Sequence record: OR770614.1 | DNA: 64,000 nucleotides | Reading direction: 5' to 3' (one strand) | Shown here: positions 47,281-56,634 of the stretch, piece by piece | Position numbering within the stretch: the first letter of the stretch is position 1 | Layout of the letters: each line of letters opens with the position of its first letter | The notes under the pieces: generated by a model | What the model was told of the DNA's origin: nothing | Database searches by the model: none | Seen by the model: only the letters and a program-made list of their open reading frames with translations | Translations under genes and position numbers: made by a program

Positions 47281-49943
47281 TTATTTTGAATCTTCTTTAA
47301 TTTCTTTAACTAGATTATTTATTTCTCTAGGTGATAAATCTTTAATATCATCTACATTTTCGAATTTTTCCATTAAGAACTCTAATTGATCTGGAGAAAG
47401 ATCCATAATTGAATGAAGATCTTCTTCTCCTGCTTTATTATAATCAATACTAACATTTAGTGGACTAAAGTAAGCATTAAGTACTTTAGTGTTATTATTT
47501 TGATATCTCTTTTCAAATGAAGTATTTAATTTAAACGGATTACCTGTATATAACTCTACTAATAGACGTTTTCTTAAGTCTTCATTATTAGAGTACATAT
47601 TAGTTAATTCATTAATAGCTTTGATAGATCCACCGATCATCATGTTAGTTGTTTCCATCTCACCGCAGTTATTCTAAATATTATTATTTAGCTAGACTAT
47701 ATCATTACCATTTAAGGTAGAATATATTTAGTCGTTGAACACTAATTAAAGTGATGCCGATTAGTTTAATACTCTTCTCAGCAATTAATATTCTTTACAT
47801 TTATACATTTCTATATAACGGAGCCTTTATTTGACTCTGAGAGGATTGTTGTTTATTCTTGATCTATAGAACTTAGAATCGGGTGTTCGTGTGGGAATAC
47901 CACTGTAATTATTAAAGTCAATTGATTTTGCACTTAATTTCCCACTAGGCTCGTGTTTTAACTTCAGGTGATACAAATCTCCAACCATAAATGTTCTATT
48001 ACTAACATCTAGTCGGTTTTTCTTAATATTGTATTTATTGAATAAGTATCTGATTTGTTCAGATTCAATATTATCAAAGAAAGGTGCTTGATGAAGTACA
48101 ATACCATTTTTAATAAAGTCTTCAATAGCTTCTTTAGTCTCTTCATTATCTAAACTATCAAATAATTTTACATAATTATCATAAGATACTTTATCTGCAT
48201 CTTTGATATATTCTAATAAATATTCTTTCTGCTTATTAACATCATCTAACTTACTAATACGATGTCTAATAACGCTTGAAATATGATTTAATTCTAATTC
48301 AACTAATGCTGAAGGATTTCCTCTATTAATAATACCCATATTATTATGAATTAAGTCTACTCTTTTCTTAATAGGGGTTTTATTATCTTTTGTGAAATCT
48401 TCTCCATCAAATTCAGTAATCATTGGCATTTCATTATCTGGAACAATCTTAGCTACTACACCTTTTCCACCGTACCTTGTGCTTATTTTTGCATTTGTGT
48501 TAATGAACTTCATATACTTTACTAAGAAGATCAGACTATATCATTACCTTCATATAAGGTAGAATATATTTAGTCGTTGAACACTATTTATAGTGATGCT
48601 GATTAATTTTATAATTCTCAGCAATTAATATTCTTTACATATAAATTTTCATTCATAAGGGACCTATTAATTTGATCCGTGCACTAAAGGTTTCTTCTCT
48701 AATACTTTAACTCTAAATACGATTTTATCAAATTGATTTCCATCATATACAAGTTTAGCATTAGGATCAATGTAGCTCTTAAATCTATTATAAGTTCTAA
48801 TTAAATCATTACTAAATTTCTTCTTGCGTACAATATCATCAGTAACAGTTACAAATGTACGATAGAAGTGTTCTAAATCTTTGATATATTTTAAGAATTG
48901 CTCTGAGTACTTTTCATTCTCTAATTTTTCAATTGATTCATTATTAAGTACATCAATATCAATAATTTTACCATGTACCTTGTATGCATTATCACTTTCA
49001 ACAATTTTAGATAACATATCATTTTTAAATTTATGAATTAATTCGTCATAGTTTAGTCGTCTTGTTGCTGTTAATACACCATCTTTAATTTCTTCTCCAA
49101 CATCTGGAAATGCTTTATAACTTTCTTCATCACCATAAATATTTAAAGGAATATCATTTGTATTTATAGTTACATTAACTACATGAACGAAATAACTTGA
49201 CATTTTCTCAGCTAATGATTCTGATACAACAATACCATCTTCCTATAGGTTATAATTAATAAAATTATACCATAGACTATATCATTACCGTTTAAGGTAG
49301 AATATATTTAGTCGTTGAACACTGTTTTTAGTGATGCTGATTAATTTAATAACATCTCAGCAATTAATATTCTTTACATACATAAATTTCTTTATGCAGG
49401 AACAAAGTTAATTTTATTCGTAAATCCTTTATCTGGTAAAAATACTGAAGTAGCGTTTGTACCATATTGGAAATTATTTGATTCTTCATCATAGTTTTGA
49501 TCTTTATAAAGTACTTCATTTTTATCAACAGTACTACCAATTTCTAAAGAATCAATTTTTTCATTTTGATATTTATTACCGAACTTCTCAGCTAAATGAT
49601 TAGCTTCTTCTCTAATAATAATATCATACTCATCATTATCTTTATACTTCACTAAATAGTATTTTACATATTTATTCTTTTCAAATATAAAAATAACTTC
49701 AAAATCTCTTTCAGCTTTCTTATAACCAGTTGAATATTTACCCACTTGATTCTCAAAACCAGTTTGAATTAATGGAGGTTCAGCTTCAGTTAATTGAATA
49801 CATTGACCTATATGTGAAGTGAACATTTGTGATCTATTACCATTAGTTCTATTAACATTAGGCATTAATAGTAGTTCCGATAAAAATTCATGACTTTTCT
49901 TATCTTCAATCTCTTGCATTCTTTGTGTTCTTTCCTTTGTCAT
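47281..49943 (-). CDS. Multisubunit RNA polymerase beta-like subunit, C-terminal part, spliced from 4 exons: 49943-49416, 49242-48675, 48491-47834, 47665-47281; 712 aa
   Basis: NGNRSQMFTSHIGQ motif; splicing restores GFTN/EDGIVVSES, HGS/KISTRYGGKGVV and NPLRV/GEME; exons sum to 2139 nt in frame. Confidence 0.92.
47666..47833 (-). mobile_element. Group I mini-intron 3 (168 nt, no ORF)
   Basis: Exon ...AGAGU / intron ends ...UAACUG; IGS GCUC; P2 with GAAA loop; P3-P9 pairings present. Confidence 0.9.
48492..48674 (-). mobile_element. Group I mini-intron 2 (183 nt, no ORF)
   Basis: Exon ...GGAU / intron ends ...CAAAUG; IGS GUCC; same core as introns 1 and 3. Confidence 0.9.
49243..49415 (-). 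mobile_element. Group I mini-intron 1 (173 nt, no ORF)
   Basis: Exon ...GAAU / intron ends ...CUAUAG; IGS GUUC; P7 GACUA/UAGUC; P3 GAAUAU/AUAUUC. Confidence 0.9.
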
Positions 49944-50010
49944 CCTATAAACACTCTCCCTGTAATATAAAAGATAATGTGAAATAATATTCTCTTAATA
50001 TTCCACATTT

Positions 50011-50026
50011 TTATAATATATATTTA
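50011..50026 (-). promoter_or_regulatory. Early promoter motif upstream of the RNAP beta C-terminal gene
   Basis: TAAATATATATTATAA, exact consensus. Confidence 0.65.
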
Positions 50027-50041
50027 ATAATAATTTTGTGC

Positions 50042-50090
50042 AATGGAATGGATCCAATGACACTTATTTTATGTCATTGGATATTCCATT
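50042..50090 (-). terminator. Long hairpin after the recombinase gene
   Basis: AATGGAAT..ATCCAATGACA-loop-TGTCATTGGAT.ATTCCATT. Confidence 0.55.
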
Positions 50091-50100
50091 TTAAATATAA

Positions 50101-51420
50101 TTAACCTTTTTCTACTTCAACTTCATTTTTCTCTGAATCATAGTATTTTCCATCTGAACCTAACCAAATATCTTCTTCACTATTAATACATTCCACTAAC
50201 TCTAATTCTTCTTCATCTAAACTTGATTCATGTTCAATTGAAGCTAAGAATTTATCTTTATAGATATTTCTAATGTATTTATCAAAGTACTCTTGGAAAT
50301 CTTTGTTCCCTTCATATTTCTCTTGGAAAGTTTTAAGTGTAAAACTTACATCATCATAACCATCAATACGGTAAGCACGAGGATTACCTTTTAATAATTT
50401 TTGCTCTTGTAAATATAATAAGTTTGATAGAGTATTATTAAATCCATCTTTTTGTTCAAAGATCAAATTAAATTTAGCTCCAGCTGCATTTGAACGTGAT
50501 TTAATTACTTCAACTGTATTGATAAAACCTTTAATTCCGTATTTAGCTTGATTAGAACTTCCTTCTGGATCTAAAGCTTGTGATGGACTAATTTTAAACA
50601 TGTTATTTGCCATATAGTTGATTGCTTTACCACCTGGTAGTGCTTCACCTTGTTTAAGATAATTTAATTCTTTAGGTGTAGCTGCATAAGGATTAATATC
50701 AATTTTAGTTGTAATATGGTTAATTAAAATAAGCATAATATTAGCCGAGTTTAATGTAGATGAACCAATAATACGTTTAATGAATGTTGTATTATCTTTA
50801 GCTTGTTTAGTGGCATTCATTTGTCCACCTTCACCATCTTTATCATCAATTTCTTTAGAAGCCATTGTAGCAACAGAGTCAATAATAACTACTGTTGGAG
50901 CCATGAATGAAACTTTTTCTCCAGTTTCTGGATCAATCTTATCTGTATGAATAGTAAATTCTTCTTCACTTTCTAATTTAGTATCACGAATACCACGAAT
51001 TAATTGATCCACTGAATCTAAACTAATCTTTTTATTTAATTTAGTGTATTTATCTTGTTTCGTTTGTTTAGACCAACCAGTTAATTGATAAATACGTTCA
51101 TCGGTAGTTGCATCCTCAAAGTCATAATGAATGATACTAGCATTTTCAAATGGTTCAACAATTTTAGCTGCAGCTTGAATTGCTAATGTTGTTTTACCTG
51201 AACCTGATCCACCAATAAATGTTGTAACTTTACCACCCATTAAACCAATACGTTCATCATCAGTTACAGTATTTAAAAAACCATTTCTATAATCTAATAA
51301 GTTGATTCCTGACTCATACATAGGTGTGTAATTATCTTCCTTACCATATACATTAGGGTTTGATTTGATTAAATCATGAATTTTACTTGTTAATTTTGCC
51401 ATTGAAATTTCACTCTCCAA
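50101..51420 (-). CDS. RecA/UvsX-like recombinase
   Basis: Walker A GGSGSGKTT, Walker B VVIIDSVATM, LILINH, PGGKAINYMA. Confidence 0.9.
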   Translation of the reverse strand: MESEISMAKLTSKIHDLIKSNPNVYGKEDNYTPMYESGINLLDYRNGFLNTVTDDERIGLMGGKVTTFIGGSGSGKTTLAIQAAAKIVEPFENASIIHYDFEDATTDERIYQLTGWSKQTKQDKYTKLNKKISLDSVDQLIRGIRDTKLESEEEFTIHTDKIDPETGEKVSFMAPTVVIIDSVATMASKEIDDKDGEGGQMNATKQAKDNTTFIKRIIGSSTLNSANIMLILINHITTKIDINPYAATPKELNYLKQGEALPGGKAINYMANNMFKISPSQALDPEGSSNQAKYGIKGFINTVEVIKSRSNAAGAKFNLIFEQKDGFNNTLSNLLYLQEQKLLKGNPRAYRIDGYDDVSFTLKTFQEKYEGNKDFQEYFDKYIRNIYKDKFLASIEHESSLDEEELELVECINSEEDIWLGSDGKYYDSEKNEVEVEKG

Positions 51421-51529
51421 AAATTATTTAATACTATAACGTTATTTATTATATCAAATTTTTTATAAAAAAGCTAGAAATTTTTCTTAAGAATTAAAAG
51501 TTTTTTCTAGCTAAATGATATTAATATTA

Positions 51530-51715
51530 CTAATTAGTTAATATGAAAATCACTAAGAAAAATAATAACTGTATAAAAGCTAAACTTAATAAAACATATA
51601 AAGCTTTGATTCTTTTTCTTTCTTTACTAACTGTTTCTATTCCATAAAATGTTTTCAAAATATATAACATTATGAAAAGCATTACAACATTTAAGATTAT
51701 TGTGAATAAACTCAT
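51530..51715 (-). CDS. Small 2-TM membrane protein
   Basis: Two hydrophobic helices, AAGGAG RBS. Confidence 0.6.
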   Translation of the reverse strand: MSLFTIILNVVMLFIMLYILKTFYGIETVSKERKRIKALYVLLSLAFIQLLFFLVIFILTN

Positions 51716-51752
51716 TAAAAGGTTTCTCCTTTCTAAAAAAAAAATATTAAAT

Positions 51753-51784
51753 AACCTAACCCATTTATAAAAATGAGTTAGGTT
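51753..51784 (-). terminator. Terminator-like hairpin
   Basis: AACCTAACCCATTT-ATAA-AAATGAGTTAGGTT with a T-run shortly after on the - strand. Confidence 0.55.
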
Positions 51785-51795
51785 GAGTTTTTAAT

Positions 51796-52281
51796 TTAAT
51801 TTTGTAATTTGAGACTTATATCGTATTTGTTATTAAGTTCATTAACTTTCTTATCTATTTTATTGTAACAATAATTATAATCAGTTTTATCTAGCAATAT
51901 GTCAAGCTCTTCAATATACATTTCTAGACGTTTACTACGTTCACTTTCTGATTCTTCTTTTAATGTATTATTCGTTCTCGTTTTTACATCTTCTAATTTT
52001 TTAGTGATAAAATTTAAATCATTAATAAACACCTCTGATTTCTCTAAATCAAATACTATAGCAGGTTTATCTAAAAAAGTTATTACCATTTTTCCATCAT
52101 CATCATCAACGATAGTATAGTTAAAAGAAAAATATTTCATATCAAGAGTTAAATTTTTTATTACAAAAGGCATAAACAACTCATAATTCAGAAAGTAACC
52201 AATATCTTTTTGTATCTCTTTTATAATTTTATATTTGGATTCAATTTCTTTTATATTCTTTAATATCTTTTTATTATCCAT
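51796..52281 (-). CDS. Hypothetical protein
   Basis: 161 aa ORF. Confidence 0.6.
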   Translation of the reverse strand: MDNKKILKNIKEIESKYKIIKEIQKDIGYFLNYELFMPFVIKNLTLDMKYFSFNYTIVDDDDGKMVITFLDKPAIVFDLEKSEVFINDLNFITKKLEDVKTRTNNTLKEESESERSKRLEMYIEELDILLDKTDYNYCYNKIDKKVNELNNKYDISLKLQN

Positions 52282-52397
52282 TATAATATCATCCTTTATT
52301 TTTTATATGAAGCTAAATTTACTAATCCTAATACTAGAATTGAAATTAACGTATACGGTAGTATGAATAACATAATTATTGACTCCTTTCTTCTATA

Positions 52398-52739
52398 TTA
52401 ATATATTTTACTTTTATCTTCATGATATTCAGATATTGATGATCTAGAACTTGCTATTAAGATAATCAATAACATTATAGATAACACTATAGCAATAAAT
52501 GAATCTTTGAAAAACAAAGACCATACTAAATATGACAAAACTATTGATGCTAAAGAAATCATTATTCCTAAAGAAGATTTGACATTGAATCCCATAAAAC
52601 TCTTATACCAAAAGCCATGAGTTCCATAGTCAACATCTCTCCAAATAAACATAGGATTTCTAATCATAAGAATAATACCGCATAAAAACGTTATAAATAA
52701 TAAACCAATTAATATAAACATAAAAATTGACATATACAA
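52398..52739 (-). CDS. Membrane protein (3 TM)
   Basis: Three hydrophobic helices. Confidence 0.6.
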   Translation of the reverse strand: MYMSIFMFILIGLLFITFLCGIILMIRNPMFIWRDVDYGTHGFWYKSFMGFNVKSSLGIMISLASIVLSYLVWSLFFKDSFIAIVLSIMLLIILIASSRSSISEYHEDKSKIY

Positions 52740-52751
52740 ATCATCCTTTCA

Positions 52752-53024
52752 TTATACTACATCCGCATACATAATATATTCATTATCAATATATCCATAA
52801 TATGCCATAATAGCTTTAATTTTATTTTCTACTTGAAAAGTATCTACATCAGAATGATAAGATGGTCTCATATTACATTCAGGATCATCAAATAAAAGAT
52901 ATTCAATTTCTATTGATTTACCTTCTTTTTTAATTACTGCAGATATATTTTCTTCTTTAAATTTATTTTGAATTAATTCAAATCTTTTATTTGTTTTATT
53001 TTTAAATATATTAAATAAACCCAT
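52752..53024 (-). CDS. Hypothetical protein
   Basis: 90 aa ORF with GGAG RBS. Confidence 0.6.
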   Translation of the reverse strand: MGLFNIFKNKTNKRFELIQNKFKEENISAVIKKEGKSIEIEYLLFDDPECNMRPSYHSDVDTFQVENKIKAIMAYYGYIDNEYIMYADVV

Positions 53025-53054
53025 ATCCTATTCATCTCCTATTTAAATAATTAT

Positions 53055-53248
53055 TTAGATTGTTAATAGTACAACTAATACAGTATATATAGTAAATGAT
53101 ATTATCAATAGTATTGATAATATAACTGTAATTTTACCCATTAAACCTTCAAGACTCTCCGTATCAACCCCCCTATTACAAAGGATATAGTTGTTACCAC
53201 CATTAATACAATCGTAGATATTGATGTTATAATTGCTAATATTTCCAT
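53055..53248 (-). pseudogene. Small 2-TM membrane gene interrupted by a frameshift at a G6 run
   Basis: MEILAIITS...FVIGG reads out of frame; one extra G at 53168-53173 gives 64 aa with a clean second TM. Confidence 0.5.
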
Positions 53249-53266
53249 TTAATTACACCATCTTCA

Positions 53267-53800
53267 TTATTTATTTTTATATAAATTTCCATTCATATAA
53301 TCATTAAATTCTTTTATCTGTTCTACATTAAGAATACCATTTATGATATCATTATATTCTTTACTTATTTTCTTAGTCTTCTTCATATTTAATTTTTCAT
53401 TGTTTTCAATGAAATTAAACCAATGATCATAAAACATAGGTCTTTTTACTGATCTAGAGAATAAATATTCCCTTTTATCTTTATCAGATAATAATTCTTC
53501 TGAAGTTACACCTAATTCACCTTTTACAAAGAATTTTTTATCTGGATTTTTTAATAAATAATGACCCGCATATAATCTTTCGCCACCATCTTTTTCTGAA
53601 ATCAATAAAAAAGACATATTTAAAAATTCCATGATCCCATTTATATTAGTTCCAAATATGTTTTTATCTTGATATATTCGATCTTCATTATACAAATATT
53701 TTGTTTTTTCATTTATATTACCAATTTCATTAGCTTGTAATAATACTAATATAATTAAAATAATTATTACAAATACTAGTGCACCTATTATCCATGTCAT
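53267..53800 (-). CDS. Membrane-anchored protein, YYSLHYLL family (short member)
   Basis: N-terminal TM; ERLYAGHYLLKNPD resembles ERYYSLHYLLSHPE. Confidence 0.6.
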   Translation of the reverse strand: MTWIIGALVFVIIILIILVLLQANEIGNINEKTKYLYNEDRIYQDKNIFGTNINGIMEFLNMSFLLISEKDGGERLYAGHYLLKNPDKKFFVKGELGVTSEELLSDKDKREYLFSRSVKRPMFYDHWFNFIENNEKLNMKKTKKISKEYNDIINGILNVEQIKEFNDYMNGNLYKNK

Positions 53801-53819
53801 AGTTAATAAACCACCTTTC

Positions 53820-53990
53820 TTATTGTAAAATGTATATCATTTCTATTAAGTTTATTCTCGGTAAATATAATATTGATATGATCAATATAATTAATGAAAA
53901 TATACCACCTGCCATAACTAGTGCATTATCATTAATTTCTAAACCTAAAATAACCAAGCAAAGACCGATTATAGATAATATAGTTAACAT
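53820..53990 (-). CDS. 56 aa membrane protein (not in ORF track)
   Basis: AAGGTGG RBS; MLTILSIIGLCLVILG... Confidence 0.5.
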   Translation of the reverse strand: MLTILSIIGLCLVILGLEINDNALVMAGGIFSLIILIISILYLPRINLIEMIYILQ

Positions 53991-54058
53991 TTTATGTCCA
54001 CCTTTCTTTTAATTTATAAAGAGTAATGAACTTAATGTACATCACTCTATTAATAAAA

Positions 54059-54238
54059 CTAACTTCCAGTAATTACACCAACTATACCTGTAGCTATAAA
54101 TAATATTACGGTTATTGCAGCCAAAACTACAGTTATTGATAAATATAATTCATCATCCCAAAATAAAGCTGCTATGAAAAAAGAAATTAAAGTTAAAACG
54201 AAAAATGTAATGAATGATATTAATAAAAACATATCCAT
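54059..54238 (-). CDS. 59 aa 2-TM membrane protein (not in ORF track)
   Basis: MDMFLLISFITFFVLTLISFFIAALFWDDEL... Confidence 0.55.
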   Translation of the reverse strand: MDMFLLISFITFFVLTLISFFIAALFWDDELYLSITVVLAAITVILFIATGIVGVITGS

Positions 54239-54240
54239 AG

Positions 54241-54561
54241 TTATTTTCTCCGATCTTTAACTAATTTGAAATTCTTATCTCTACTTTCATGTTTAATATT
54301 CCCATTCCAATCAACTATATCAATTTCATAACCATAATCTTTAAATTTTTTATTATTTCTAAATTTATTAATCGCTGAATTTAAATAGCTTTTAGAATCA
54401 GCTTTAATATAAATTAATTTATATTCTTTACTTGCCATGTAATATCTAGGTAAATTTTCAGTATAATTATCATTTGATGCATCATTTTTAGTTTTATAGT
54501 TTATGAATAACATTACAGATAAAATTGTTAACATTACAATTACTAATATTGTAGTACCCAT
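54241..54561 (-). CDS. Membrane-anchored small protein
   Basis: N-terminal TM. Confidence 0.6.
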   Translation of the reverse strand: MGTTILVIVMLTILSVMLFINYKTKNDASNDNYTENLPRYYMASKEYKLIYIKADSKSYLNSAINKFRNNKKFKDYGYEIDIVDWNGNIKHESRDKNFKLVKDRRK

Positions 54562-54563
54562 GA

Positions 54564-55208
54564 TTATTTCACCATCTTTTCATATTTATTATACAAATGA
54601 TAATTTATTATAGAATCCATTCCTTTAATAGCATACATAAATATATACATTATTGTCTCATATTTATTTAAATTATTAGTATCTATACGTATATAAGTTT
54701 CTTTATATTCCACATTCAAATCATTCATATTATGAGTTATACTTTTGATTCTTTTCGTAAAATCCTCATCAATAATTTTATCATCTATAGATTTAACTAG
54801 TCTAAATCCACTATCAGTTTCTTGCAAGTATGCAATTAATTTAAATGTATTACTTTTAGTGACCAAGAACATATCATCTTCTTCAATTTTATCTTTAATG
54901 TAATTACCAAATTCTTCAAATTTAGTTTTATGATAGATATTATTCTCCATTAGATAATCTACCCACTCATAATAAGTGGGATAGTTATGGTAAGTATCAA
55001 ATTTATAATTTTGACTTATAGCAAATTTATAATTTTGACTTATATTTTTTCCTTGAATTCCTCTACGAACTTGCGTTATATATGCAGATATTGTTTCTTC
55101 ATTAAATTCTTCTTTAAATAATAAAAGAATTATTTTGTTGTTATACCCTTTGTCAATCATTTTAGATATAAAATGTAATTGTGAGTCATTAAATTTTTTA
55201 ATATGCAT
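54564..55208 (-). CDS. Putative DNA-binding protein, paralog of 27067-27729
   Basis: Shared N-terminal helical domain. Confidence 0.55.
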   Translation of the reverse strand: MHIKKFNDSQLHFISKMIDKGYNNKIILLLFKEEFNEETISAYITQVRRGIQGKNISQNYKFAISQNYKFDTYHNYPTYYEWVDYLMENNIYHKTKFEEFGNYIKDKIEEDDMFLVTKSNTFKLIAYLQETDSGFRLVKSIDDKIIDEDFTKRIKSITHNMNDLNVEYKETYIRIDTNNLNKYETIMYIFMYAIKGMDSIINYHLYNKYEKMVK

Positions 55209-55304
55209 ATCAAAATCTCTCCTTTAATTTTATTTATTCTTCTAATTTAAATCTCCTTATAATATATTAGAAGTAATGACAAATAATGTGTCATTACTTC
55301 ATTT

Positions 55305-56633
55305 TTATTGATTCATATAATGTTTATATTCTTCAATATATTCCATCTTTTCTTTTTCAATTATACTTTGGTTTAAGTTCTTAATAAATTTCTTCTTCTC
55401 TTTATTATTTAACTTATAATTAGTTTCTATTAAATTAGACCAATGATCTTTATCATGAGTACGATCATATTGATATTCTTTTAATAAATCAAATTTACTA
55501 TCATCAACTTCTTTTTCTTCATATTTCTTGTAAATATATTCCAATAAATCTCTCATATTGACTTTTACTTCGTCATATTCATCATCACTTAGTAAACTAA
55601 TAGTCATTACTTTATCTATATTTTTAGTATATTTTAAAGATTCTTTGTTTAATATAAATTCACTTCTTTTATTAATTGCATATTCAATTCCATAGTAATC
55701 TTCTTCTAGAAATTCATCATATATAAATCTCGTAATTAAATTTTTATTTAAATATTCTCTACCTTTTTCATCAATATTAACAATTTCTATTTTAGGAGTT
55801 AATATACTATTTATACAAATATCCGCTTCAGAACCATAGAGATCATCTGTTCTATCTAATTCTCTCATATAAACGTTTTTATTTTCATCTATAGCTGCTA
55901 CGATTATTTTATTTAATTTTTTAGTTACTAGTATCATTATTTTGCTTCCTAAAAAAGACATTATATTAATATTTTTAAAATCCTTTATTGACATAAATAA
56001 TTTTTCTTTTTCTAACCTAACTAAATCATTAATATCTTCATTTATCATAATATTAAAGCTACTATATATATCTTTTGATTTTAATGTATCTTTATAATTA
56101 TTATTTATAAAGTATTTTACAAATTTATCTAATTCCATTTTTCTATCATAATTTAGTAAACCTTTTTCTACATTACCATTATTAAGATTAAGACTTTCTA
56201 TACTATATATTTGTAAAGGAGATTTAAAGAAATCTTTATTATCTTGTACATTAGCTTTGTATAAATTGATTTTTTCTTTTAAATAAAATTCTAATTCTGG
56301 ATGACTTAAAAGATAATGGAGAGAGTAATATCTCTCCTTATTATCAAAAGTATTTTTTAATTTAAAAGATTGATTTAATATTTTAGATAATTCATTATTG
56401 TTAAAGTCTATTAATCTATCAGATTTCTTTATTAATGGAGCTTTATTGTAATCTTTTTTATCTATCTTTATTTTAGATTTATTAATCTTTCTTATATTAT
56501 TTTTTCTTCCTTCTTTATACGATTCAATGTTATTTTTTATATAAAATATTGTCATATAAATTACTATACTTATAAATGTTAATACTACTGCTGCTAATAA
56601 AAAGTAAATTGATAAATAGAATAAACCACGCAT
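55305..56633 (-). CDS. Membrane-anchored protein, YYSLHYLL family
   Basis: N-terminal TM; ERYYSLHYLLSHPELEF and DKDHWSNLIETNYKLNNKEKKKFIKNL shared with 60067-61224. Confidence 0.7.
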   Translation of the reverse strand: MRGLFYLSIYFLLAAVVLTFISIVIYMTIFYIKNNIESYKEGRKNNIRKINKSKIKIDKKDYNKAPLIKKSDRLIDFNNNELSKILNQSFKLKNTFDNKERYYSLHYLLSHPELEFYLKEKINLYKANVQDNKDFFKSPLQIYSIESLNLNNGNVEKGLLNYDRKMELDKFVKYFINNNYKDTLKSKDIYSSFNIMINEDINDLVRLEKEKLFMSIKDFKNINIMSFLGSKIMILVTKKLNKIIVAAIDENKNVYMRELDRTDDLYGSEADICINSILTPKIEIVNIDEKGREYLNKNLITRFIYDEFLEEDYYGIEYAINKRSEFILNKESLKYTKNIDKVMTISLLSDDEYDEVKVNMRDLLEYIYKKYEEKEVDDSKFDLLKEYQYDRTHDKDHWSNLIETNYKLNNKEKKKFIKNLNQSIIEKEKMEYIEEYKHYMNQ

Positions 56634-56634
56634 A

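Noticed and set aside
47281-49943. Inteins, pseudogene decay or naturally split subunits as the reason for RNAP fragmentation
   Set aside because: Gaps contain stop codons and complete group I cores, and precise removal restores conserved motifs in frame
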